From Minisyncoccia bacterium (GTDB taxonomy: Bacteria > Patescibacteriota > Minisyncoccia > Phycocordibacterales > UBA9973): a stretch of DNA of 64,000 nucleotides. Location of the stretch: contig CBFHKH010000001.1 in NCBI GenBank assembly GCA_965656375.1, positions 644,291 through 708,290 of the forward strand. Reading direction: 5' to 3'. This document shows, piece after piece, positions 28,943 through 38,297 of the stretch. Within the stretch, counting starts at the first letter, position 1; every line of letters starts with the position of its first letter. The position numbers and the translations under genes are program-made. Below the pieces are notes generated by a model, which saw only the letters and a list, made by a program, of their open reading frames with translations, had not been told where the DNA came from and made no database searches.

Positions 28943-28945
28943 TAT

Positions 28946-28975
28946 AAAATCCCCACAGCTCTTGTGGGGATTTTA
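28946..28975. terminator. bidirectional rho-independent terminator hairpin (AAAATCCCCACAG...CTTGTGGGGATTTT)
   Basis: Near-perfect inverted repeat flanked by A and T runs, between tyrS and a small minus-strand ORF. Confidence 0.6.
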
Positions 28976-28979
28976 TATT

Positions 28980-29144
28980 TTAATATTCAGAGCCATCAAG
29001 ACCAGCCATGCCTTCGTCGTCATCCATATCGTCCGCGATCATATCATCATCAAGCATTGGATCTTTTAGATCATCATCTAGATCAAGATCATCATCTTCA
29101 CCTAGGTCTGGTATTTTTACTTCTTCATCATCACTATAACTCAT
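28980..29144 (-). CDS. possible small highly acidic protein (54 aa, D/E-rich)
   Basis: Hand-translated minus-strand ORF MSYSDDEEVKIPDLGEDDDLDLDDDLKDPMLDDDMIADDMDDDEGMAGLDGSEY. The opposite-strand 60-aa track ORF (His-rich) looks spurious. Confidence 0.3.
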   Translation of the reverse strand: MSYSDDEEVKIPDLGEDDDLDLDDDLKDPMLDDDMIADDMDDDEGMAGLDGSEY

Positions 29145-29240
29145 AGACTATGTTATATACCTACACTAAAATTGTAATGCATTATTTGTAACAAAATATT
29201 ATTTTCTTTGCAATAATTTATACCTGTGGAAAACGCAAAA

Positions 29241-29717
29241 TTAGAATTTTTCGCATGCAAAACAGGTAAGTCCTATTGCGATAGCATCTAATTCATCGTC
29301 TGATGTAGATGTAGTACCCATGGATATAAGCTTTGGAACCATACTCATAACCATATTTTTATCAGCTTTTCCGTAGCCAGTAACTGCTACTTTTATCTCG
29401 GGTGGTGTGTATTCAAATATGTCGAGTCCTTCACGTGATGCACTATACACAATTACTCCTCGGGCTTCGGCTACGCCCATAACTGTCTTTTGATTATTGG
29501 TGAGGTATAGTTTTTCTATAGCAAGTGCCGTAGGCTTATATTTTTGTATTATGTCCTCAATTTCTTTCCCGATAGCGAGAAGTCGTTCGTGAAATGGGAT
29601 TTTAGAAGAGGTTTTAAAACATGTCGAATATACGAGTATATCTTTTTGTTTTGGTATTCGTTCGAGTATGGCAATACCAACTCGCTCAAAACCTGGATCA
29701 ATAGCCAGTATCTTCAT
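29241..29717 (-). CDS. ruvC: crossover junction endodeoxyribonuclease RuvC
   Basis: MKILAIDPGFERVGIAILE RNase H-like N-terminus, directly downstream of ruvB. Confidence 0.85.
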   Translation of the reverse strand: MKILAIDPGFERVGIAILERIPKQKDILVYSTCFKTSSKIPFHERLLAIGKEIEDIIQKYKPTALAIEKLYLTNNQKTVMGVAEARGVIVYSASREGLDIFEYTPPEIKVAVTGYGKADKNMVMSMVPKLISMGTTSTSDDELDAIAIGLTCFACEKF

Positions 29718-29719
29718 AG

Positions 29720-30709
29720 TTATGGAGTGTATTCAAATCCTAAGTGTTCGTATCCTTTTTGTGTAACAGTTCGGCCACGCGTAGTACGCTCTAGGAGTCC
29801 GAGCTGAATAAGATATGGTTCGATTACTTCTTCAATCGTTGCTTCCTCTTCACTTGTTGCAGCAGCAATAGTCTTGAGTCCTACTGGTCCACCATCAAAT
29901 TTTGAGATTATTACCTCAAGGATTCTTCTGTCAGAAGCTGAAAGTCCCAGTTCATCGATCTCAAGAAGTGCAAGAGCTTTTTTTACGGCATCTTTTGAAA
30001 GTGGCATCTTATGTACTTGTGCATAATCGCGACAACGCTTGAGGAAATAATTGGCGGTTCGAGGTGTGAATCGTGCACGGGACGCAATTTCATCGAGTGC
30101 ATCATCGTCGAGTGTAACTCCCAATATTTCTCCTGAACGTGCAAGAATTTTCTTTATCTCATCATGAGTATAGAATTCGAGTCGAAATACTCCGCCAGAA
30201 AAACGTGAACGAAGCGGGGAAGAGAGAAGTGCGATGCGAGTTGTAGCAGCGATGAGCGTAAAGGGTGGAAGCTCGAGCTGGATAGTACGGGCTGATGGGC
30301 CCTTGCCGATAATAATATCAAGAACACCGGACTCCATCGCAGGATAGAGAACTTCTTCAACCATTTTGTTGAGTCGGTGAATCTCGTCGATAAAGACAAT
30401 ATCGCCAGGAGCAAGATTGGTAAGTATTGAGGCGAGGTCCCCAACCTTTTCAATAGCAGGCCCCGATGTAATTTTGATCTGTCTCTTTGTTTCGCGAGCT
30501 ACAAGATGGGCAAGTGTAGTCTTACCGAGGCCTGGAGGACCATAAAAAAGTATATGTTCCGCAGGATGTGAGCGTTCTTCGGCTGCTGTAAGGAGAATTT
30601 TGAGGTTTGCCTTAATATTTTCTTGACCAATGTAATCATTCCAAACACTTGGACGGAGAGTTTGGTCCAGGAATCCCTCATCTTTTGTTGTGGAATCAAT
30701 GCTTGACAT
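29720..30709 (-). CDS. ruvB: Holliday junction branch migration ATPase RuvB
   Basis: LRPSVWNDYIGQE...HILFYGPPGLGKTTLAHLVARE; sensor motifs; C-terminal winged helix. Confidence 0.92.
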   Translation of the reverse strand: MSSIDSTTKDEGFLDQTLRPSVWNDYIGQENIKANLKILLTAAEERSHPAEHILFYGPPGLGKTTLAHLVARETKRQIKITSGPAIEKVGDLASILTNLAPGDIVFIDEIHRLNKMVEEVLYPAMESGVLDIIIGKGPSARTIQLELPPFTLIAATTRIALLSSPLRSRFSGGVFRLEFYTHDEIKKILARSGEILGVTLDDDALDEIASRARFTPRTANYFLKRCRDYAQVHKMPLSKDAVKKALALLEIDELGLSASDRRILEVIISKFDGGPVGLKTIAAATSEEEATIEEVIEPYLIQLGLLERTTRGRTVTQKGYEHLGFEYTP

Positions 30710-30977
30710 TATTTTTTTAGTATGCTATACTCTCTCTAGAAATAAATTATCTTGTTTTACTAAATTAGTATAGCATTTAAGTGAAGAGGACATAAATCTC
30801 TAAGCAATCAGCCCCGTGCTCTATATATGTGCGTAGGACGTTCTGGTTGTATTTATACGTACTGGGTCTATCCTGTAATCATACGTTACTTTAATTACGC
30901 ATGTTTTTAAAGGATTGTTTAGAGATTTATGTCCTTTTTTGTACCTCATTCTTTTAAAATTTAAAAACGTTTCAATT

Positions 30978-31457
30978 ATGAAAAAAATTCTGTTAATGCT
31001 CGTAATTTTTTCAATTTCTATTAATGAAGCTATATCTCAATTCACCGTCCGTGTTGGAGGCGGGGCAGTAATGGCCAAGAATTTTACCTACAAAGGAAAT
31101 CTTTTCCTGGACGTGGGCGCAGGGGTTATGTACAGAGACCATATGTACGTAAACCAACGTTTTTCAGTTGAAGGTAACATGCGGGTTACTTTGTCCGCTC
31201 GCAATTTTTCGAATATTGGAGGGGCTGTAACATACGGCCACCAAATGAAAAAGTGGACACTGTCAGCTGTTGTCGGTTATGCATATAATGTAATGTCCAG
31301 CAACAATGACAAAACTGAGAAAGATGTTAGCAATACCGTTTTTTCCTACGGAGGAAGGATAAGCTACAAAGATTTTTGGTATTTACAAGGAACAACCAGC
31401 ACTAATGCAGATCAAAAAAGGATTCAAATAGGGGCCGGCTTCCATTTCACCTTTTAA
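30978..31457 (+). CDS. small beta-barrel outer-membrane-protein-like protein (signal peptide, alternating amphipathic strands, C-terminal aromatic)
   Basis: MKKILLMLVIFSISINEAISQ signal; Gly/Tyr-rich alternating pattern; ends GAGFHFTF. Codons locally richer in G/C than surrounding genes. Confidence 0.45.
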   Translation: MKKILLMLVIFSISINEAISQFTVRVGGGAVMAKNFTYKGNLFLDVGAGVMYRDHMYVNQRFSVEGNMRVTLSARNFSNIGGAVTYGHQMKKWTLSAVVGYAYNVMSSNNDKTEKDVSNTVFSYGGRISYKDFWYLQGTTSTNADQKRIQIGAGFHFTF

Positions 31458-31511
31458 AATTTTTAAAACTAAAAACAAAAAGCATCTCTTTATGAGATGC
31501 TTTTTACTATC

Positions 31512-33266
31512 TTATTCTTCGTAGAAATCGACGACCGATCCAACTTCTGAATATGAGGTGATACCTTTGAGAACTTTTACAATGCCATCTTCACGCATAT
31601 CAAGCGAGCCTTGATTTTGCGCCACTTCCTTGATTTGGCGTTCGCTTGGATTCTGTGGAATGAGTGCTTCGATTGCTGCATCGTTGTGAATCGCTTCAAA
31701 GATTCCCATTCGTCCTTTGTAGCCAGTGTTATTGCATTCGAGGCATCCGACTGGCTCATATATCTTGATCGGAGCATTCATATCAACGCCATACGTATTG
31801 AAATCCTTTCCATGAGCCTTGGCATTATCAGCTACGCTTTTTATAATACGCATTTCTTCATCAGTAATCTTTTCTTCTTTCTTGCAATGGACGCAGAGTT
31901 TACGTACTAAACGTTGTGCGATTGAGAGCGACAATGCTGAAACAAGTATCTTTGGATTAACATCAAGGTCGATCAAGCGGGGGATAACACCCGCTGCATT
32001 GTTTGTGTGGAGGGTCGAGAAAACGAGGTGACCAGTAAGCGCAGATTCAACTGCGATCTTTGCTGTTTCTCCGTCTCGAATTTCTCCAACCATGATCACG
32101 TCAGGATCCTGACGAAGTGCAGAGCGTAGTCCTTCGAGGAATGTATAGCCTTTCTCGCTTTCTGTTTGGGTTTGGGTTATGCCCGCGAGGTGATATTCGA
32201 TCGGGTCTTCGATGGTGATGATCTTGATCTCTGTCGAATAAATCTTTTGGAGGAAAGAATAAAGCGTCGTAGTCTTACCGGAACCAGTCGGACCCGTAAG
32301 GAGTATCATTCCGTTTGGTTTCTTGATTTCACGCATAAATATCTCAAAAAGCTTTGACTCGATTCCCATATCTTCAAGTTTTACTTGGATAGATTTTGGA
32401 TTTAAGATACGCATCACGATTGACTCGCCGTATGCACCTGGAATGAGTGAGACGCGAAGGCTGATCTCATCTTTATCGAGAAATATACTGAAACGGCCAT
32501 CTTGGGCGATAGATTGCGCGGTAATTTTGAGACCGGAAAGGAGTTTAATGCGAGAATTTATGAACTTATGAATGACTGGAGGAATTTCCATTACGGTATG
32601 AAGAATTCCGTCGAGGCGAAAACGAAGGCGGACTGTATTTTCTTCAGGTTCGAAGTGAAGGTCAGATGCATTGATCGCGATAGCACCAGCAAGTGCGATC
32701 TCAAGGATATGCGATGTCATATGCGATTTATCTTTTTGTACTTCAATAATGGATTTCTTGATATCTTCGATATTTTTTATGTTTTCCATTATTCGCTTGA
32801 GAGATTCACCCGATATCCCCATGCTTCCTGCTTGTGACTCGGATGCATATGAGATTTCTTTGTAGCGATCCCATGCTTTCTCGAGACTCGCAAGTGATGC
32901 CATATAAAAGTGGGGAGTATACCCATGTTCTTGGTAGTACTCGGTCATTCTATCGAGTCTGTCCGGCTGTGGAGAATGCACTGCGATATGAACATCTTTA
33001 CCGAGCATTTTGAACGGCGCAACTTGTTCTTCCCGGGCATTTTTTTCGAGAATTGTGCGAAGAGCGTTGTTGTCTATGGGCATGCTTGCGAGGTTTACAG
33101 CAGGGATACCATATTTAGACTCTGCAAGAACTTGCACTAAGTCCTCTTCTTCTTGCCTTCGTAAATCAGCGAGATTTTTATCCTCTTTATCTTCATCAAA
33201 AATGACTGTCATATGAGCCTTATTATAGCGTACGGAGCCTATATATAGGTCCTTGACATTTGTCAA
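31512..33266 (-). CDS. pilB: type IV pilus assembly / type II secretion ATPase PilB/GspE
   Basis: Walker A LLTGPTGSGKTTTLYS, Asp box, Walker B/His box, and a tetracysteine CVHC...CLEC motif. Confidence 0.9.
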   Translation of the reverse strand: MTNVKDLYIGSVRYNKAHMTVIFDEDKEDKNLADLRRQEEEDLVQVLAESKYGIPAVNLASMPIDNNALRTILEKNAREEQVAPFKMLGKDVHIAVHSPQPDRLDRMTEYYQEHGYTPHFYMASLASLEKAWDRYKEISYASESQAGSMGISGESLKRIMENIKNIEDIKKSIIEVQKDKSHMTSHILEIALAGAIAINASDLHFEPEENTVRLRFRLDGILHTVMEIPPVIHKFINSRIKLLSGLKITAQSIAQDGRFSIFLDKDEISLRVSLIPGAYGESIVMRILNPKSIQVKLEDMGIESKLFEIFMREIKKPNGMILLTGPTGSGKTTTLYSFLQKIYSTEIKIITIEDPIEYHLAGITQTQTESEKGYTFLEGLRSALRQDPDVIMVGEIRDGETAKIAVESALTGHLVFSTLHTNNAAGVIPRLIDLDVNPKILVSALSLSIAQRLVRKLCVHCKKEEKITDEEMRIIKSVADNAKAHGKDFNTYGVDMNAPIKIYEPVGCLECNNTGYKGRMGIFEAIHNDAAIEALIPQNPSERQIKEVAQNQGSLDMREDGIVKVLKGITSYSEVGSVVDFYEE

Positions 33267-33413
33267 GCATTATGATATGATACTGGCAAATGGGTTTTCT
33301 CTAGTTAGTGATTGTTTCCACATGTTTTTCTCCGTTCCTGAGGAGAATATGTGGAAATAATCACTCAACATATAGAAAAATAAATTTTAAACAAATTTTA
33401 TAAACCCAACATT

Positions 33414-34370
33414 ATGAAGCACATTGTAATTATGATTTTAGCCCTCTTATTGTTGGGCAAATCAACAAACGCACAAGTTCAGAACAAAGGCCAATGGACC
33501 GTATTCGAAAACAATAAGTACCGTCCGACATTGGATGATATTGTTCAAATTGCCAAAGGTATGCCGCACATGAAGGATGGAGGCTACTACAAACTTAAGA
33601 ACGGAGAAAAATTTTGGGTTTTCTGTCCTGAAAAATGGACACCCTTAATGCAACAAATCCTATCAAAAGTAAAAGGGTCACCAGTGACCGATGTAGCAGC
33701 CGAGCTTGCCACAGGTAAGATCATACCCTGGGATGACAACATTTCAACGAAAACCCGCAACTACGCAGTTACAAATTGCAAAGTGTGGATTGTAGATGAA
33801 AATTATGGAGGAGGAGACGATGTTGACGGGTTGAATTACCTCGGATACATGGTTTTAAAAACCTTCCATGCATGTTGTAATCCTGAGGATCCTAAAATTG
33901 CAGCTTCCATTTCTGGTATTGCGAACGATATTCCTGGAGATTCTGTTGTGACTTTATATGGTTCGAATGGTCAACCCATTCAAATCACATTTAGTCCGCA
34001 AATAACAGTAAATGGTGGCGACGCTACCGCTACTGTAAATGGATCTGGAAATAGTACTAACGATATCAAAATTGAAACACCTGAGGAATCATTCGAAGGT
34101 GGCTCGACTGACTACAAAGACGAACCAGAAGATCGTCCAGTGTACAGGAAGGTTTGCAGGCCCCAACCGCAATTCGGACGGCCGGCACCAAGGTATGTAA
34201 AAGTATACAGACCTAAACCTCGTCCAATGTACCGTCAAAGACCGCAACAGCAACCAAGAGGGTATATGGGAAATCCACGTGCTGGAGTTACAACAACTAA
34301 CGGCCGTGGCTCTATGGGTGATGGTGCAGGAAGCAACAATGGCAACGAAGGTGGTAGCCGGGAAAACTAA
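33414..34370 (+). CDS. secreted hypothetical protein with Pro/Arg/Gln-rich low-complexity C-terminus
   Basis: Signal MKHIVIMILALLLLGKSTNAQ. C-terminus RPQPQFGRPAPRYVKVYRPKPRPMYRQRPQQQPRGY, encoded by locally GC-richer DNA. Confidence 0.45.
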   Translation: MKHIVIMILALLLLGKSTNAQVQNKGQWTVFENNKYRPTLDDIVQIAKGMPHMKDGGYYKLKNGEKFWVFCPEKWTPLMQQILSKVKGSPVTDVAAELATGKIIPWDDNISTKTRNYAVTNCKVWIVDENYGGGDDVDGLNYLGYMVLKTFHACCNPEDPKIAASISGIANDIPGDSVVTLYGSNGQPIQITFSPQITVNGGDATATVNGSGNSTNDIKIETPEESFEGGSTDYKDEPEDRPVYRKVCRPQPQFGRPAPRYVKVYRPKPRPMYRQRPQQQPRGYMGNPRAGVTTTNGRGSMGDGAGSNNGNEGGSREN

Positions 34371-34495
34371 TTTCTTTGTTCTTTGGGGTAAATAATGTAA
34401 GTGGAGAAAATATTTTTTCTCCCTTACTTTTTTAAGTCTTTAACGTCTCGAACACGTTGAAGGTTTAAAATTGTAAGTTTAATTAATAGTTTAGT

Positions 34496-36484
34496 ATGAA
34501 AAATTATATGAAAAAAATAATAGTCGGATTTTCAGCGCTTGCGCTCCTTTTCATCGGAGCAAATAGTGCAGTTGCTTCAGGGCCATTCAATGGTCAAGCT
34601 GGAGATTGTTCACCTACCATCGGAATAGGTAACTATTCTACTGGTAACATTCCACGTGACGGATATGGTTGCTGGACTGCGAGTTCTATAACAGCAGGCC
34701 CTGGCGACACTATCAATGTCGGAATGTATTATCATAACAATACGAATAGCACGCTTTCAAATGTGAGAGCAGTCGTTTCTCGATCTGGATCAGGTCCAGC
34801 AAATTCGTACTCATTTACAGGAACTCTTTCTTCAAGTCAGGGAACACAAACATTGGGTACAGTAACATTGAACCTTTCAAGTTCACAGACACTGACCTAT
34901 AGTTCTACACATCTTATGAAGGGGAAGAATGCAGTTCTTTCTGATACAGATACTTCTGTAGTAACAAATGAAGGAGGAATAGATATCGGCAGTGTCCCTC
35001 CAGGTTGGGATGATTATGGTACTGTTATCTTTGTTTACAAGGTTGGTACAAACAGTAATACAAATGACTGTGTCATCAACAACTTCACTATCAATGGTGG
35101 AAGTTCAACAAATATTTCATCAGGTAACTCTGCAACTCTTAACTGGAATACATCTGGTTGTACATCAGTAAACGTTTCAGGTCCGAACTTCTCAAGTTCA
35201 AGTCCAAGTGATTCACGAACAGTATATCCAAATTATTCAGGTGACTACACACTTACCGCATATAGCTCAACTGGAGGAACTCAAACTCGAACTGTCCATG
35301 TGTATGTAAATGACAACAATACGTACTGTACAATTTCAAACTTCACCGTTAATGGTTCGAGCACTGCAAATATCGCATCAGGTAGCCCTGTTACTCTTTC
35401 ATGGAGTACAAACGGATACAACTCAGTTACAGTTTCAGGTCCGAACTTCTCAAGTTCAAACCTAAGTGATACACGTACTATATACCCAAATATTTCTGGC
35501 CAGTATACTATCACAGCAAGCGGATCAAACTGTCAGAATAACTACCAGACTCGGGTGGTATATGTAAACGTAACTACTATTCAGCCACCAGTTATCAATG
35601 ATTGTGCAGTTACAACACTTGCGACAAATATTAATCAGAACTCTGCAATACTTAACGGTCTTCTTTCGAACTCAAGTGGTATCTCATACTTCCAGTACGG
35701 TACAACTGTTAACTTGGGCTCGCAGACAGTATCACGTGTAGGATCAGGTACATTTAGCGAAGTGATCACAGGTCTTCTTCCGAATACTATCTACTACTTC
35801 CGTTTCGTATCGCAGTGTGGAAACGGTCTCTCATACGGTCAAACACAGGTATTCCGTACACTCGGAGCAGTTACCACGACAACAAATACCGTACGTGTTG
35901 TTCAAGGTACAACAGTCATTGGTACACAGTCACCAATCATGCTTAAGATCGAAAACAGATACCAGCAGATCGGTGTAGGTGATATCGTTGATTACACAGT
36001 GACATACAAAAACATCGGTAAGACGCTTCTTACACGTCCAGTTCTTCAGGTCATCCTCCCACCAGGAATCACAGTTATAAACTCTTCACGAGGTACATAT
36101 GCAGCTGACACAAATACACTTACCGTTCAGCTCGAAGATCTCGTTCCAGGAGGTGAGGGAGTTGTATATCTACAGGGTCGCGTTGATCTCATCACATCTG
36201 GCGTTGCTCAGATCGTGACGACAGCAATCCTTGTCTATACAAGCCCAAGTGGTGCGCAAGAAAACGCAATTGCCTATGTGCTCAATAGTCCACGGGACAT
36301 TGGGAATGTGCTCGGTGCATCAGCTTTCTGGTCAGGTTTATGGAATATGGGTCTTATAGGATGGTTACTCCTTATTATCTTGATCCTTCTCATCATTCTC
36401 CTTACTCGAAGATACTATGGTAGTTCATCAGTCGTTCGTACGACAAATCCTGGAGGATCAAGTACAACAACTACTCATTACTAA
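34496..36484 (+). CDS. large surface protein with tandem Ig/FN3-like repeats and C-terminal TM anchor
   Basis: Signal peptide. Two ~85-aa near-identical repeats (CT..NFT.NG.SS.NI.SG...TL.W.T.G..SV.VSGPNFSSS). C-terminal hydrophobic helix followed by RRYY. Confidence 0.5.
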   Translation: MKNYMKKIIVGFSALALLFIGANSAVASGPFNGQAGDCSPTIGIGNYSTGNIPRDGYGCWTASSITAGPGDTINVGMYYHNNTNSTLSNVRAVVSRSGSGPANSYSFTGTLSSSQGTQTLGTVTLNLSSSQTLTYSSTHLMKGKNAVLSDTDTSVVTNEGGIDIGSVPPGWDDYGTVIFVYKVGTNSNTNDCVINNFTINGGSSTNISSGNSATLNWNTSGCTSVNVSGPNFSSSSPSDSRTVYPNYSGDYTLTAYSSTGGTQTRTVHVYVNDNNTYCTISNFTVNGSSTANIASGSPVTLSWSTNGYNSVTVSGPNFSSSNLSDTRTIYPNISGQYTITASGSNCQNNYQTRVVYVNVTTIQPPVINDCAVTTLATNINQNSAILNGLLSNSSGISYFQYGTTVNLGSQTVSRVGSGTFSEVITGLLPNTIYYFRFVSQCGNGLSYGQTQVFRTLGAVTTTTNTVRVVQGTTVIGTQSPIMLKIENRYQQIGVGDIVDYTVTYKNIGKTLLTRPVLQVILPPGITVINSSRGTYAADTNTLTVQLEDLVPGGEGVVYLQGRVDLITSGVAQIVTTAILVYTSPSGAQENAIAYVLNSPRDIGNVLGASAFWSGLWNMGLIGWLLLIILILLIILLTRRYYGSSSVVRTTNPGGSSTTTTHY

Positions 36485-36495
36485 TAGCTAACAAT

Positions 36496-36527
36496 AAAAT
36501 CCCCCTGACATATGTCAGGGGGATTTT
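36496..36527. terminator. perfect 15-bp-arm hairpin terminator AAAATCCCCCTGACA-TA-TGTCAGGGGGATTTT
   Basis: Perfect palindrome immediately after the stop of the 662-aa surface protein. Confidence 0.65.
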
Positions 36528-36667
36528 ATTGTTTACGATGGATATGAATCCCGTTAGAGATTTGTTGTTAGGAACTTGTGATATAGTGTAAAGATAGATA
36601 TGGTTGATATATTACTTATGGCAATTAATAAGATACGGAAGACCAAAGGCTTCCTATCTCTAACGGG

Positions 36668-37111
36668 ATGAAAATGACTCTCGAAACAATTCCAGATATC
36701 GCACGATCTCTCCTAGAGAAAGCGATCGATATACAAACTGATGAAAGTACTCTTATTACTCTAGAGGGTGATCTTGGTGCTGGTAAAACTACGCTTACGC
36801 AACAGATTGCACGAGAGCTCGGTGTGAAAGCAAATCTTATCTCACCGACGTTTGTGATTATGAAAAAGTATGACCTGCCTGAGCAGGCAGGAGCAAGACA
36901 TAAGAAATTCAAGTACCTAGTTCATATTGATGTGTATCGACTCAGTAAAAGTGAAGAGTTACTCAAACTCGGATGGCTAGAAATTGTAAAAGAAAAAGAT
37001 ACCCTTATTATTCTCGAATGGCCGGAAAATGTGCCAGAATGTATCCCTACAAATGCTCTTAAAGTAAAGCTTACTCACCAAGATGACACTACTCGGGCGA
37101 TAGAATTTTAG
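36668..37111 (+). CDS. tsaE: tRNA threonylcarbamoyladenosine biosynthesis protein TsaE (YjeE)
   Basis: LEGDLGAGKTTLTQQIARELGV...SPTFVIMKKY P-loop signature. Contains an in-frame copy of the GC-rich palindrome (LPEQAG). Confidence 0.75.
   Translation: MKMTLETIPDIARSLLEKAIDIQTDESTLITLEGDLGAGKTTLTQQIARELGVKANLISPTFVIMKKYDLPEQAGARHKKFKYLVHIDVYRLSKSEELLKLGWLEIVKEKDTLIILEWPENVPECIPTNALKVKLTHQDDTTRAIEF
36874..36895. repeat. GC-rich palindromic element copy 1 (GACCTGCCTGAGCAGGCAGGAG), in-frame within tsaE
   Basis: cctgcctgAgcaggcagg differs by one central base from the palindrome at 51035 and 55222. Confidence 0.6.
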
Positions 37112-37187
37112 GATTGATTTTGTAGAAATTTGTGGTAGTATTGTCTGCAAAGTTTACTATCATTCTTCAAATCTAAATTTTAAAATT

Positions 37188-38237
37188 ATGAGCCTTTTAA
37201 AAAGTAAGGTCAGGTTGGCATTTTTTGTCTATCTGATGCCAGCAGTTATTTGTTGGTTGATTTTCAGGCTTGTGACTTTTATTTTAGAGCCAAGCCACAG
37301 TATTGAAAACAGCCTCATTGCATTTGCAGTATATATTGCACTCATCATCGGTTCTTTTATTGTTAGCTATATAATGGCAATATTTGAACTTTCAGCAAGT
37401 TGGGAGGTAAGATTCTTCTTCACATTGATTTCATGTATTTTATTCTTACCCATCATTTTAATTATAGCGCCAATCGCCGCAGCATGTATATGGGTAAGTT
37501 CAAAATTCAAGAATTCCAAATGGGGATGCAATATAACTTCAATACTCGGTCTTATTGCAATGTTTTCTGTATCTCTTTTTGTGAGGCAAAAAGGAAACGT
37601 GAAAGCATTCCGCAACGCAAAGAAAGGTATAGTTGTTTTCAATCACAGAAGTTCAGCTGATTACTTTATCACTGGGTTTATAGGACTTTTCAGAAATTGG
37701 CGCGCAATGATTGGAGCCAATCTATGGAATTGGAGAATCTTCCACTGGTTCTTTAATGCAGTTGGTGTTCCTATTGCTCGTGAAAAAGAAAAGGCAGATG
37801 AACGGGCAAAGGCTGTGAATATTTCAAAAGAGTTTTTGTCTTCGAAAGGTGAAGCAATCCTGATCCTGTATCCGGAAGGTACGAGAAATCGCGGTGAAGG
37901 GGTACTTTCGTTTCATAATGGAGCTTTCAGAATTGCATGCGATCTTTCTGTAGATATATATCCAATTGTACTTTTGAGAGCAGATATGTGGAGGAAACCT
38001 GGAAAGCAGAATACATCTTCTTTTGTAAAAAAGAAAAATATAAGTATGCGGTCAGTATTTCAAAAGGGAATTGGTCTCGTTAAAAGGATCTTTCAAGAAG
38101 GTATCAATCCTACAATTGTTAAGATGCATTATCTTGATCCAATTTCTCCGATAGGCAAAACATTTGAAGAATTGAAAATAGAAGTTCATAAAAAAATGTC
38201 TGATTTCTATTCTCTCTATTCGCAGGGGCATATATAA
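37188..38237 (+). CDS. plsC: membrane-bound lysophospholipid acyltransferase (PlsC/AGPAT family) with N-terminal multi-TM extension
   Basis: HxxxxD motif (FNHRSSADY) and YPEGTRN motif, after ~150 aa of TM helices. Confidence 0.65.
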   Translation: MSLLKSKVRLAFFVYLMPAVICWLIFRLVTFILEPSHSIENSLIAFAVYIALIIGSFIVSYIMAIFELSASWEVRFFFTLISCILFLPIILIIAPIAAACIWVSSKFKNSKWGCNITSILGLIAMFSVSLFVRQKGNVKAFRNAKKGIVVFNHRSSADYFITGFIGLFRNWRAMIGANLWNWRIFHWFFNAVGVPIAREKEKADERAKAVNISKEFLSSKGEAILILYPEGTRNRGEGVLSFHNGAFRIACDLSVDIYPIVLLRADMWRKPGKQNTSSFVKKKNISMRSVFQKGIGLVKRIFQEGINPTIVKMHYLDPISPIGKTFEELKIEVHKKMSDFYSLYSQGHI

Positions 38238-38297
38238 AAATAAAAAGGCTATCCTATGGATGGCCTTTTTCAATACCTAAAATGCTATACTATATCT

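Noticed and set aside
28964-29146. Plus-strand 60-aa His-rich ORF (MGILYFNIQSHQDQ...)
   Set aside because: Low-complexity translation of the antisense of an Asp/Glu-rich repeat. The minus-strand acidic ORF is at least as plausible, and neither has support. Only the minus one is listed, at low confidence.
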